Shown here: one piece after another, positions 51,471 through 64,000 of the stretch
How positions within the stretch are numbered: position 1 is the first letter of the stretch
Layout: the number at the start of each line of letters is the position of its first letter
Assembly: GCA_000182565.2 (NCBI GenBank)
Contig: KQ257453.1
DNA length: 64,000 bases
Reading direction: 5' to 3' (one strand)
From: Spizellomyces punctatus DAOM BR117
Lineage: Eukaryota
Notes under the pieces: generated by a model
Seen by the model: only the letters and a program-made list of their open reading frames with translations
Told to the model about the DNA's origin: nothing
Database searches by the model: none
Translations under genes and position numbers: made by a program

Positions 51471-52120
51471 TCATTTCTTCATCAAGAGGTAGAGGTTCAT
51501 GCCAACATCGAAATCCTGCATTTGTCGCTGATCTCCGGTGATGCACAAAAGTAGCCCACCAAAAGACGCATACACGGACCTGGTAGAAAGAAGCACAAGT
51601 CAACAAGTCGCTGCCATTCATGTTGTTGAGCAAGAGTCAGGATGGACAGCAGAACACTCACACTTTGCCAGATCCCGAATCATCGAATTTGTACACCTTC
51701 CCGTACATCACATAATCGTAATCGTCCGCCAGCGTTCGTTCTCCACTCCGATCTCTCCATGCCTCCTTGTTTTGTGCATCCCCAGCCAAGCCATCCAATG
51801 ACAGCGTTGTTGCCAGCAAAAAGGCAAACTTGTCTCCGACCTCGAGGGGGTAGATTTCCGTATTTACGTCAAGGAGCACTTCAACGTCCAGTGTTTGGCC
51901 CTCAGCTCTAATTCGAGAGACTATCCGGCTGTTCAATACTTCTTCCTATCCAGAGCATACCACCATTCCATAATGCAACCCTACCTCTGTCAAATTTTTT
52001 CCCAAAGGGGTCCATGTCTTTCACCTCAAAGGTGGACTGAAACAGTTGGTTCTGCACCCAGCGTGGTGTTAGTAATTAGAAAAGGCATTTCATGTCACGG
52101 TACAGGCACTCCACCTTCAT
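51471..52120 (-). CDS. RPB8: RNA polymerase I/II/III shared subunit Rpb8, multi-exon
   Basis: GKKFDR, LDVNTEIYP, LADDYDYVMYGKVYKF, YASFGGLL. Confidence 0.95.
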
Positions 52121-52250
52121 GTTATGCACTGGTCGTCCAAAGTTAGGAAGAAGCGTCCCGCTACGGTGGTTGGAGGGGCGGACTGGCAATCTTGCAAATA
52201 GAGATCAACAAACACACTCGGTCAGAAACCTGAGATCTACACGAAGTCTT

Positions 52251-52264
52251 GTTGCCATGGCAAT
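52251..52264. promoter_or_regulatory. RFX X-box
   Basis: GTTGCCATGGCAAT in the RPB8/DCTN4 divergent promoter. Confidence 0.65.
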
Positions 52265-52572
52265 ACAACACACCTGCTAAACTGAAGCGACCACTGGGGA
52301 CATATTGCCAGGAAGCCATCATTTCCGAAATTCACCACGCTTGGCCGGGAGATAATAATTGGCAGCAATTGAACCTTCATGTGTTCGCCGCAGAAAACTC
52401 TGCAACACTGGTTTGGAGAAGAAGCCAGCCCACTGCGGCAGAACCTGCTCGTACCCAAAGTCCCAGATGTCGCATGAAGCAGTGAGGACATGGGAATTTA
52501 ATCGAATGGCTTTAGTGCTGTCTGCGTTGATTAATTGACCAACCGCTTTCAAAGTGACAGTCATTTGCACTT

Positions 52573-52592
52573 GTCGTCGTCGTCGTCGTCGT
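52573..52592. repeat. (GTC)n microsatellite
   Basis: About 6.7 GTC units. Confidence 0.85.
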
Positions 52593-52738
52593 TTGCCTCA
52601 AAGTGCCTCGTAGCTAAGCTCTATGGCTGAGCCACTCATTGTATCCAATGACAACGAGCAGGAAGGGGCCTAGTTGATCTGTCCGTCCTACAGGAATTAA
52701 CGTCCAGAAACCTTGTGTGTTGGAGTGTTTTCGTCGCC

Positions 52739-54902
52739 ATGACCTATCGTGACGAAGCAGGCTTCGTTGTGGAAGACGTCCTAATCCCTCCTCCGTATGT
52801 GTACTATCAGGTAATACTTTGTGCGTGAGTTGCGTTTCCGCGAGATGTCGGCTGTGATCACAAACAGTCTGGGCGTTTTCTAGTGCCATTGTCATCAACA
52901 AGCCCGTATACCCAGCAATACCCAAACTACCCCCACCGGCCATGATGATGAGACCACTGAACCTCCTCGCACTGCAGACATTCTGTCACTATTTCCCATA
53001 TCCCGAACATACTACTGCGATCACTGTCACCAACTACGATGTCCTCTGTGTATATCGGAGGAAATTGCCTGTTACTATTGCCCGAACTGCTTGTTCGAGG
53101 TTCCAACCGCTTCTGTAAAGGCTGAAAAGAATCGGTAAGAAACTCTCCCGCCGCATTTGGTGTACATGACGAGCCTGGACCGACTGGATTCTTACACTTG
53201 ACTTTGAACACAGATGTGGCCGTAATTGCTTCGAATGCCCTGAATGTCAAAATACATTGACCGTGGTATCATTGGTAGATCCTGCTGCCACTGGAACAGC
53301 GGAAACTGCCGCAGGAGGAACCGCACCCGCTACTGGAAATACACATTACTTGTCATGCGGTGCTTGTCGATGGGATTCACTGGAGATTGGACTCCAGTTT
53401 GAGCGACCCACGGGCCTTGCAAGTAGGGAGCTTGATTAATCAAACGAATTCTGTCACTCGGCTGAGCGCTGACGTCTAGATTGTATGATTGTATGATCAG
53501 CACAGTTGCAACCTGTTGAAGAAGGGCGAGCCGATGTTCGCGAATTTGAAAACCTACGACTGCACTTTGAAAAACTTTTGAAAGTGAAAGACAACGCAAA
53601 CAATCAGTTCGGGCTTCTTCGAGGTCGAGGCGCGGGTGGAGCGGGCCTGAATCTTCCTTCGTCGCTACTGGCTTCGATTCCGGGATTGGCCTCACTGGCG
53701 TCTTTCGGGAACCGATCGGCTGCATCCAGCACGACCAGCCGCGATGCACGACCCGAAAATTACGTTCCTTTAACTGAGCCGCCGTTGAGCGATGACACCG
53801 AACGAGTGCAATTGGTACGAGAGGGTGCAAAGAATGGTGGGTACATTTGTGCTACCATATTGCAAACGCTCCATACTGAGCTTCAACACAGTTACCACAT
53901 TACGACAGAGAATGAATCAACCAAACGACAACCCGATGCAGAAAAGGTGGGGCGACGTAGAAATGTTGGGGAAATTCTTGCAGCTAACTAACCCAAAGTA
54001 ACGGAGCATAGCGCTCTTTATCCGCAGCGAATACAGCTGCGCACAAAGCGATCTAAACGCTGTCGCAAATGTGAGCATATTTTGGTGAAGCCTGAACAGA
54101 AAGCTCAAAGCACCCGATTCAAAATTAAACTCATGGCATCGTAAGCAGTCGCTACACGGTCAACCGTTTCTTATTGGTCATGCTTATCATTCGTGTGTGC
54201 ACAGACACTTTATTCCGACCATCAGCATTGTAAATTCTCCCTTATCCGATTTAAAATGGGATACTCCCACCCGCATTATTATGAAGTTTTCAAATCCGTT
54301 GGAAAGAAGAATCGCGATTTCACTGGCTACCACGCAAAGCGCAAGCACGAGCAGCAGACAGGCCGGTGATTCATTTCAAGCGGAAAGCAATTGTGAGGTA
54401 AGGGTACGCGATTGATTCTTGATAGTTTTAGGACTAACAGAAATTCGGGGATGGTGTAGGTAACCGTCGTGGCCCCAAATTTTACAGTTGATCCTGCGAA
54501 GGAGATTTGGGAGTATGATGAAGAGGGGACGGAGCAACCCGAAAAGGACAGTCGTGGGGCAGCATCCGCTGTTGGCATTCATGAAAGGGACAAGAACATC
54601 ACAAGTATTCTTGTTCACGTCACACCGAGGAGAACTCGTGGTGTTGCCTCAAGCAGAAGCAGTAATCAGGAGGTCATCAGGGTACGATCAATATGCGAAC
54701 GTCCTTGATATGTTCGTCTACTGACATTTGCTATCAGTTCCCACTATTGGTAACGGTTAAGCAGGCAGATGAGGTGCCTGTAGAGTCGCAAGTCACGTCA
54801 GCCAACCCGGAGGAATCATCTGGTACGGGACATAACAAATTCGAGCCGTTATCTTTCTGGGTTATGGTTGGCTTGGGAAGGCTAGCGAGGTCCAATGGCT
54901 GA
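52739..54902 (+). CDS. DCTN4: Dynactin subunit p62, multi-exon
   Basis: YCDHCHQLRCPLC, YCPNCLFEVP, CGRNCFECPEC, LRTKRSKRCRKCEHILVKPE. Confidence 0.92.
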
Positions 54903-55114
54903 TGTCTTGAATAAGTAAAACCATATGCAGCACTGCGGCGTACGTTATCACTTCCCGTTGGTAGTCCAGTTATCACACTACTTTTTTATTCAGCTAACTA
55001 GTTTCATAAGATCTATGATGCGCGCTCTCTACCGCTAGCGCCTATGCTACCGAGAACTAATCGTCTAGAAGTCCTTCACGATCGAAATTGCTTAGATACT
55101 CATTTGCATACTAT

Positions 55115-57363
55115 TTACGTCGTAGATCTCCCCGGGAAACCTAATCGAGAAAACGTATTCACCAATTGTTGACCAGGAGGCACAGGTCGTTCTGGTTTTC
55201 TCTGAGCGTTGTCCTGACGAAGAACTCTCAGGATCGGTGTCACATCCTTCCCTGCTGCACGCCATTCCTTCATTAACTGCATCGCATAGTTCTCGAACGC
55301 TTCATCTTCCGTTTCTTGTTCTCTTCGCGCGGCAAGCTCGTCTTCAAGTAGTTCTGAACGCTCTTGTTTGCGACGCCGCTCGTTCATTTCCTATGCGGAA
55401 AGATATGCCCAGATAAGGGTACTTGTGGACATGAGTGTAATTCACCTATCAGATCCGCTTACCATTTGTTCTTTGTGTGCTTTCTTAAGAATGTCTAAAT
55501 TCTTGTGTGCCGTTGCCTTTTCAGCTTTTCCCCCCTCTATGAACTCCGTCGCCTCCCTCTCAAATTTCTGCCTTATAGCTAGTCCCTCTTCTAATTCACG
55601 ACGACGGCGTTCCTGCATTTCTTTGAGCTGGGAATGGAAAGGGAACGATGTCAGAAACAGCAAGATTCTGGCGAGGATGTTGCGGATTACTCACATGTTC
55701 TATCTGATAGCTTGCTTCTTGCTCAAGCGCCTTCTTATGCCTAGCCTGTTCCTCCGCCATCCTCTTTTCCCACAACCCATCGTGAGCGTGAATGTTCTTT
55801 TCAAGGAACTCTTCTCTCCGACGCTGGTATTCTAGGCTCTGTTCGGCCGCTATGCGTGAAGCAGCTTCGGATTTGTTTTGCCTTTCTCTGTTGAAAAGGG
55901 AACATCATCAGATCATAGTGAATCGCACGATTTCTATGTGAAGACCGGATTAAGCCCAACTTACTGAATGATCCTCTTTTCTGCTTCTTTGCGTTGTACT
56001 GCAAACAAACGCTTCATCTCCGCAAATTTCTCAGCCTCCTCTTTGAGCAGCTTTTCGTCTTCAAGAATTTTGCGCTTTTCGGCCTTTGTTCAACGACACA
56101 TGCAAACGTTAGATCCTCGAGTGCATCGAATGACATTAAGCTGTTGCAACTCACTTCGTGCTGCTCTTTTGCTGCGTCCAAAGCTTTCCTTTGTTCCTCT
56201 TCCAGTTTGAGTTGGCGTTGCCGATCTGTCAATCGAAGTTCCCGCTCCTGAGCCGCTGCTCTTCGACTTTCCGCCGCCCACTTCTCATCATCTCTCTGAA
56301 GGGATGACAACATTTTAGAAAAAGACCGCACGTGAATAGCCCGACGAACAACGTCTCTTACCGTCTCATCTGTGCCAGGGACGTTTGAACTTGCCCTAGA
56401 CCTACTCTTCCCGTGTCTTTTGGCAGCAACCTGCTGTAGTTGGTCTTCGGCTGTCTGATAGGCGGCTATCCGTGCACGGACCATTGCTTCTTGTTCCTTG
56501 CGTAGAGCCTCTTCTTCTGCGTGTCGGAGCCGAGCTTCCTCGGCATGCTTGGCTTTTTCGAGTGTTTTGCGACGCTGCTCGTTCTCAATCAACTGCCTAT
56601 TCCGTTCCTGAAGTCCAGAGGGTTACCAGATTGTTCGTGCTCTACGTAGAGGTATGTGCCTACCTCAAGGACATTGGATAGCAGAAGGGAAGAATGTAAT
56701 TGCTTAATTCTGGGCTGTTCGGTACGTTGCATCCACCGAGCTCGATCGATCGCTTCCTGACGTTTAGCGTCTTTAAGTTTTGCCCATTCCTGGTCCACCT
56801 TCTGTCTCTCTTCCTATTGCTTGCAAACTCAGCCGGCAGCACCAAAACACAGCATCACCCAGCAGAAGAGTTTCGAACCTCAAGTTTTGCCATGCGCTCT
56901 TCTTTGGCAGCAAGTCTTTGTCGGCGCTGCCCCAGAACAGTGTTTCCCCAATTCTGCACTCGATCGAGTGATTTTCGATGGAGTTCTACTTTCTAGAGGC
57001 ACACCGGAAAAGGTTTTGAGTTTGCGTAGGGTCAGGGCTACATCCACAGACAAATCACCCACCTCCTTTTCCATCATGTTGCGGAGATTCTCTTCAGCCT
57101 GTGTTTCCAATGCAAGCCTTTTTGCCCTGTCCAATTCATCCGAAGCGACTAGATGTCCCGGACTAGTATTGCCATATGAAGATTTATGGTCATGGGTAGC
57201 ATTATATGGGACAAAGTCAACCGCTGATGGAACGACATGATTGAATATAAGCTTATTGGCAAGAAGACAAGTGTTTAAAACGGAAAACGGCGCCGTACGT
57301 ACCGTTTAGAACCGGGGCAACGCTTGGATTTCCACGGCGTGAGCCAACTGCAACACCGGGCAT
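55115..57363 (-). CDS. CFAP210: Ciliary/flagellar coiled-coil microtubule inner protein, CFAP210/CCDC173-like, multi-exon; start uncertain
   Basis: VQNWGNTVLGQR, RQEAIDRARWMQ...RIKQLHSSLLLSNVLEER, E/R/K-rich coil, C-terminal NTFSRLGF. Confidence 0.75.
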
Positions 57364-57830
57364 GTCTGACTACTTTAGAGGTGTAAATGGCCTCAAATCA
57401 ATGACAGTATTGGACGATACAAATTCCCAACTGAGTGTCGCTTCTAAAATCGTTGTTGAAAAAGTGAACTTTGGAAAATGCAATCACAGGTTTCAAAGAA
57501 GATTGGGACTGAGTGCGTATAGGGAGGTCCCCAAGCATAAGCATACTTTTTGGATTGGTAAACGTTAAATTCCCCCGTAAATCTATTTGCGGTCTCGCCG
57601 ATGGGGGATATCCCTTCATGATCGGCCCTAATGCAGACTATTTTAAATGGACGGTGGCTAGATGCAAGCACAGCGATGAGGTCATGCAAAAATGTGATTC
57701 AGAGACTTGATATTCTCCGAAAACGCTGGTATCGAGTTGGGTAGAAATCCAGTCCAGCAAAAGGAACATTTGGAACAAAGCTCCGTTTTATATCACCTCA
57801 AGCGAACAAGAAGAACTTTTATCCCTAATC

Positions 57831-58547
57831 ATGAGCACAGCGGCTGTCTACATCCCAGACCAACAACCTCCGTCTGTAACGGCCTGGAAAGCAGGAAATG
57901 CCACGGCGATTACCGTGAACAACTCGGGTCGGGAGCCTGCAGTCCAAACATGGAGGGACGGTCAGCCCGTCGAGACTACTTTCAACCCGGAGCGAATTCA
58001 ACCGCAATATCAAGCCCAAGATGAACTTGACCGTCTCAGAAACTATTCTACCCGGCTTAACTTGACAAACTCTGGTGGCTTTAATCCAGACCAATCTAAC
58101 AAACCACCCAATGTGGCCGCTACGTCTGTTGCTACAAATGAGTCTGCGCAAAACTCTGTGAACCCCAAGAGCACCACATCCCAGCAGGGGTTGGGCTCAT
58201 CTGAAGAGAAAGGCCATGAACCTCGTGAGGGTGCAACCTACACTGAAGTCAAAGGTGACCCTCAGACTCACACGGTCACACTGAGCACCACTACTTACCG
58301 GCCTGCCGGCGGCCATCTCATCGAAGCTGTCGACACTTACACTTATCGTCGTCCGGAAACAACCAACGGAGAGTATGGCAATTTCCCTCGTCGGACGCAC
58401 TTCGAGCATGAAGTTGATGAGCGGGGGAGTGAAGTCTTTGCTAATGGAGGCAAAATTGTGAAGAATGGAGACAGGGTCGTCCCGCTGGGAGGACCTGGCT
58501 CAGCCGAAGAGCGACCTGGGTTGGCGAGGCATGGCAATGCCCTTTGA
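57831..58547 (+). CDS. Hypothetical 238-aa hydrophilic protein, intronless
   Basis: Long ATG ORF rich in Asn/Thr/Gln/Pro filling the intergenic gap; no family recognised. Confidence 0.65.
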   Translation: MSTAAVYIPDQQPPSVTAWKAGNATAITVNNSGREPAVQTWRDGQPVETTFNPERIQPQYQAQDELDRLRNYSTRLNLTNSGGFNPDQSNKPPNVAATSVATNESAQNSVNPKSTTSQQGLGSSEEKGHEPREGATYTEVKGDPQTHTVTLSTTTYRPAGGHLIEAVDTYTYRRPETTNGEYGNFPRRTHFEHEVDERGSEVFANGGKIVKNGDRVVPLGGPGSAEERPGLARHGNAL

Positions 58548-58832
58548 TGACAGATTGTCATCACTGGCGATTAAAATGTAAAGAGAACGACGGGCTGTAA
58601 ACGGATGAAATGCTTGTAGGCAGCACATATCTTCAACATGCTTTTTGTGCATTAATATCTCCCAAATCATGTAATCTAAAGAGTTTCCAGTTTTTCACTT
58701 TCATTCTTGACTGCAACTTTCCAGATAACGCATGTCCTTCGTGGACTACGACAGTCTCTTCATGTAATAAATGAATGTGTGTTTGCTTGTACTTACAACT
58801 AATGCTATTCTAAACCTAATACAACAACCCAC

Positions 58833-61800
58833 CTACTCTAATATAGATATCCCATACTGAGCATCAGACAATTTTGGTGGAGGTTCCACATTACGTGGAG
58901 CTGGTGGTGGCAGCCCTTCCATGACCCGTCTCTTGAAGTCTTCAGCTGTCTCGGGAGCCTGCATGCGATGTCCAGGTCTTACAATCTGAATAATGATAAG
59001 CCTGCAAATGTGTTCACTCACCTGTGTTGGTGCAATGAAGATCTCTGGAATTCCGAGCTGTATCTTTGCCACCAGTGCCTTAAAAGCAGCCTGGACAGAT
59101 CGCGCGCGCTCAACATGGTTATGAACCATTAGAATGCGGACCATCGCAAGAACGTCAACTGATACATAAACATTGGTCAAATTTCTAATGGTAAGCTAGC
59201 AATGACCAGTGAATACGCACCTCTCATATCATTTGAACGATTGATTAGCTTTCTCAAGCAATTCATTAGATACTCATCCTCGAATGCTTTGTCACGGCCT
59301 GTAGCTCGTTTCCGCTCGGCCTTTCGCCGAGCCTTAGCCGTACGACTGATGCAGCAGGCAGCTTAGCTTATTATACGGACCGCTGTGGAAGAAGAACATT
59401 TAGGAACTTACGCCGTTCGCACTGTCGATCGTGAAGCCAAACTCGTCAAGGCGCTGGCGCCCGTGATGCGGGTTGTAGCCATAGACGTTGTGTCGGAAAA
59501 CATGTCAATATTATCGAGGCTTGGGTCGTGAGTTCCGGCCTCCGCTGCAGCCAAGTTCCGAGCTTTCTCCTCCCTCCATCGATGTAATCTCTCACGTCTC
59601 GTGTCGAATTCGGTGGACATGTCCTTGATGTCCTCCAGCATTTGCGCACAAGCTACAAAGCCATGTGAGCGCTTGTTGCCTGATTGAGAAAAGATATTTA
59701 GACAGAAAGCGCAAATACCTTCCAAAGCCTTCGGCTTTATAGCTGTGTCTATTAGCTCAGCATGCCCATACATACAGGCCTACAGGAGCACAGTTCGTGA
59801 GCTAGCTACGGGTCAACTAGCAGCTAAAGCAAACTTACTGTCCGGGATGCTTCACTCCACAGGGACCCTTTTACGAGAACGTTTACGGCCTCAAGAGGCT
59901 TCTTCGCGTAATCCAATAGGATCCGCGCAGCATCTCGATATTGAAGGCGTCTGATCATTTCCTCTATAATGAAGTTCAGGTTAGGACTACATCTAATGAA
60001 AATACAAGCATTGCACCCGAACAGACCAGACATGTCACAAGCCATTCCAGTTATTTCGGCCTCTGGAAGTCCAAGATTCGTGGCAATCGCAAAAGTTTGC
60101 TGCCACATTAGTGCTTTCTGATACGCCTGCATCGCTGTAACTTTGGCTCCAGCGATTTCGTACAACAGCCCAGCTTCCTCATAGTCGGAACGTTCCTCCA
60201 AGTGATCTGCATATAATCGTAACACCTCCTGGTACCGGGCCTTTTGATCAGAGAAGACGTCCATTGCCACCTTGTAAAGTCCATGCTGCTTGATGTAAGC
60301 AAGACAATTATTGTAATACTCATCACCGGCAAGGCTAAGATGGCGCAACGCCGTCTCCCGTTTTCCTAGATGATCATCGATACGGTACCGCTGATAGTTT
60401 GTTTCAAGTTTTTGTAGCTCCGAAAGGAACGGAAGATACTCTCGTGGATCTTTTTGTGAATGCTGAGCAACCATGAGCACGAGTGGAAAATCATACATCC
60501 CCAGAGCCACATCGTAAAGCTTGTCAACATCCGCAAGAAATATGACGTATTTCAGAGCAGCATCCGCCGCCTCGGGTGACTCTTTGGTCTTTACCAAGAG
60601 AATGCGCCTCATCGCCGCTTCCAAATCAGGCGGCGTTTTCTTGACATCAGTTGTCAGTATGGACTGTGTGTACCGCTGCGAATCAACTTCCTCCAGGGCC
60701 CGTCGAATAGTCTCACATATGGAATTGACTTTGCCCTCAACCTTGTCCGTCGTCCCGACCTTGGAGATGGCTCCGTAATACATTGTCACTGTTACATCCT
60801 CGTCCCTCAAAGTCGAGATAAACAGATTGAGGTATTCTGGATCATCGATCTGCCGCACAAATAATTGAATGTTGCCTTCGAATTGCGCGCGATTATGATC
60901 AACCAAAAGGTTCAAGTCGATACGATGCTTCCGGCAGTGAAGGAAGGCTGCTCGGTAATCTTTCTTATCTATTAACCGCCGAACGGTGGCAAGAACCAAA
61001 GCTCTAGGATAAACTGTCTCAAGATTGCCTCGCGGCATCTTATATTTTCGAAGTCCGGTCAGTTGAACGAAGCTCGTATCCGAGCAGCTAACGAACATTA
61101 CCTGTAAGACTAGCGATATGTCTCCTGGTACCGCCGTGACTATTCTTGAACCGCGTTCAACCCGCCGAACGTGCTCGTCAAATGGCGAGGAGGTTGTCTC
61201 CGGCAAAGTGAAATCTGACACTGAGTGTGAGATCAGCAGGTTTTGTTACGAGTGGATACTTTCACTTACCATCGAAAGCCACATTTAAAGAAATGAACCT
61301 CGCAGTGTGCGTGAAGGTCGTCAATATCAAAAAGTCATCATGGACGAAAAATGATGTACAATCGGGTGAAAGTAGTCGGTCATTTGCATACAGCTTATTG
61401 CGATCACTCAAACCTATCAGGATTCTCTGCTAACAGACTCAGGTGAGCCATAGAATCAGGCCCAGATTGTTCTGAGTTTGACATTACCTGTGATTGGCCA
61501 TCTGATCCACGGAGTTCCGCGGTAGATATCCACGGACACATGGTTGGAACGCCGGGCACAAAATGCAAAAATGGCTGCTCCGCAGCACAATCCACTGAAT
61601 CGAAGGATGTCATGAATAACGATCGTGCACGCGACGATATTACAAATCACTAACCATATGCTACCCGTCCATCAGCAGCTTCAACTACTGCTATTCCACT
61701 GTCCACGTTGCAGTGCAGCCGAACGAATGAGCGGACACCGTTTGTTGCTCGCGCGTCCCTTCTTTCGCAAACTTGCATGGTCGCTTCGTCCAGCGTGAAT

Positions 61801-63405
61801 ATCACAACATAATCTTCTCCAACCCTATCATCGTACGCCAAGGCCAAAAGAGTTTTGGCGTCAATCCAAGCAATTTGACGAAAGGTGATCGCAGAATTTT
61901 CCTGTGGAAGACTTGACCAAAAAGTTAAGACCAACTCGTTGCTTTGCTGGAAGCAAACGATGCTTAAAGCATTACCTGATATATCCTAAACGCTCAGGTA
62001 CCTTGACCGGTTTAACAACAGAGCCTCCCTTAAAGAGGTGAACCGTTTTATCGCACAGCAACACTGCGAGGTCATCGCCTGCATTCCCTGGTCCGAAGGT
62101 GACATATGCGGCAGGTGCAGGCAATTGTACCTTAACAGCAGACATCGGTGGTGGTACATTCAAATGCTTGAACGGCGTAAGAAGAACGGAGCATCCATCA
62201 ATGACAGCCACCGTAGCAGGATTTTCTGCTACCCGAGATGTGCTGACAAACTGGTCAGCGCAAAAGTCGGATCGTTGGTATGAGCCGGACCTAGTTGTCA
62301 AATGCAATCGAAGAGCCACTTCCGGATCCCATTGCATACCGGAAAATGAGTCATTCTCTGATACCGGTCGCAATTCCTGCTTCAAGTACCAGTAATAGTT
62401 ATTTGCAGTCCACAATTGAATGACTGATTCGGGCTTCGCAGAAGGAGAACCACTTTGCAGCCAAACACCAAGGACTGTTGAATCCGCATTCCACGCCACC
62501 TCTACAACCGTAGCGGTATCATCGCGAAGGGCAAACTCCCCATGTCGAAGTCCGTTCTTTTCAAAAAAGATGATATCATGCCGGTGGGGAAGCCTCTGAC
62601 TTGCGGCGATCAAGTTCCCCGAGGGTCTCCAGTTCAAGGCATGCTCCAATTGCGATACGCTTTCGCTCGTATATTGCAAAGTACATTCCCTGTCATACAT
62701 ACGTATGACTCTCTTATTGCCGTTTGGTGCCACCGCTGAGCATGCAAAGTAAGCTCCGTCGCCCCTCCATGAAATCCGTGGTCGGAAGTCATCGTCATCC
62801 GAAATCAGGTTACTGCCAGTCAGCGCATCGTCCTTACGCAAGGCAGCCTGTTTCCCCTCTGATCCATGAAATTGGGTTTCCTTTTTGCCCCATCCAACGC
62901 TTACGTGCTCCTCCTTGCCAGTCCCCTCCACATGAATCGGAATTTCTGTGATAACCTCAAAATCTTTCGTCATCTCCAATATGGTTCCTGCTCCCGTAAC
63001 TATCACTACAAGCTCATGATCTGGACTCCATTCCATGCATAAAATTCCTGAATCCACAGTTCCCACCACTTCTGGTGGTCTGTCCTCTCCATCCTCTGAT
63101 GGTATCAACACTAGGTCGCCCCCGTTGAGCGCGACGCACAATGCCTGAAGCTCCGGAACATATTGAAAGCCAACAACTTCCACAGCGGCAGTTGTTCCGA
63201 GTGGTTGGTTTGGGAATGTAGCGATTTCAGTTACTTCTTGTGAGACAGAAACTTTGTATACCCAGCTCTGACGTTCCGTTCCTACAGAAGAGTACACGTC
63301 CAGAGTTTCAGGATCGACCGCAATATGTGAACGTCCAGTACTGTCCAGCACGTCTTCTGGGTAGAGCACCGCACGGGCCTCGCTGAGAAGACACAGGCTC
63401 CGCAT
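58833..63405 (-). CDS. ELP1: Elongator complex subunit 1 (Iki3), multi-exon
   Basis: VSVGWGKKETQFHGSEGK, ISWRGDG, WRPSGNLIA, FEKNGLRHGEF, NYYWYLKQ, QMPRGNLETVYPR, SQKDPREYLPFL. Confidence 0.97.
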
Positions 63406-63607
63406 GGTTCTTTGGGCCGATCGTCGTCGTCGTCGATCTCCACAAGAAACCAAACAGCATGCTTGAAGCAATAAACCCATATATGGGCATACTGCGCCGC
63501 AATATGCGTGTGGCTTGGAACATTACTGGGGAAAGCTGAATTCTTTTTGATGATTTGCAGGCCAAGCCTTTTGTTGGAGCCCGCGTGTTTCTGCCTACGA
63601 ACGTACA

Positions 63608-64000
63608 ATGGCCAAACCAAAGCAACAGCGAAATAAGCAGCGATCAAAGAAGCATGTGCAGGCACCTGCCGCTTCCACCGACAGCGACTCTCTGGACGTG
63701 GACATTGCGGCTTTCATTGAGGAGCAGCAACTGGAGATCGACCCTGACGTTGCGGAGCTTTTGACCGAGGATACAGCCGTATCTAAGAAAAAGGGTGGAA
63801 AGAAAAAGGGAAAGAAGAGTGCGGCAGCTGCAGAGGAGGACAGCAAGATCACTGCAGAAGTGGATACGGCCCAAAATGTAGAAGGAGACAGCATGGGTGA
63901 TGTGGACATGGACGAGGAAGACGAGGCTGAACTCGCTGCGTACCTCGATATGATGAAAGGAAAAAAGGAAGACAAGGACGAAGAAGAGGACGAGCTGGTA
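63608..64000 (+). CDS. 5' part of an unidentified gene with basic/acidic, nucleolar-like N-terminus (truncated by window)
   Basis: ATG at 63608, frame open to the window end: MAKPKQQRNKQRSKK...KKKGGKKKGKK...DEEDE. Confidence 0.65.
   Translation, partial: MAKPKQQRNKQRSKKHVQAPAASTDSDSLDVDIAAFIEEQQLEIDPDVAELLTEDTAVSKKKGGKKKGKKSAAAAEEDSKITAEVDTAQNVEGDSMGDVDMDEEDEAELAAYLDMMKGKKEDKDEEEDELV

Overview
Gene-dense eukaryotic DNA with about 33 genes, many short (~50-100 nt) GT-AG introns and short divergent promoters. It most likely comes from a flagellated early-diverging fungus (chytrid-like): fungal-type genes (HIS6, SOA1-like MFS, STO1, HEM14) sit beside a ciliary CFAP210-like gene and genes absent from budding yeast (INTS7, DDX41, RBM42). 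Most genes are housekeeping. Five observations stand out. (1) An intron-containing gene at 32.7-34.1 kb encodes a phage-type 5-hmdU DNA kinase helical-domain protein (aGPT-Pplase1/HMUDK family), next to an inverted-repeat element and an intronless DUF1349 gene, suggesting a possible eukaryotic DNA thymine-hypermodification system. (2) The INTS7 gene carries a U12-type AT-AC minor intron. (3) RFX-type X-box motifs recur in divergent housekeeping promoters. (4) A TauD dioxygenase and a SOA1-like transporter form a divergent sulfur-scavenging pair with clustered CYS3/MetR-like sites. (5) A cytochrome P450 has decayed into a pseudogene. Exon boundaries were inferred by eye and family calls come from recognised motifs; no database searches were run.
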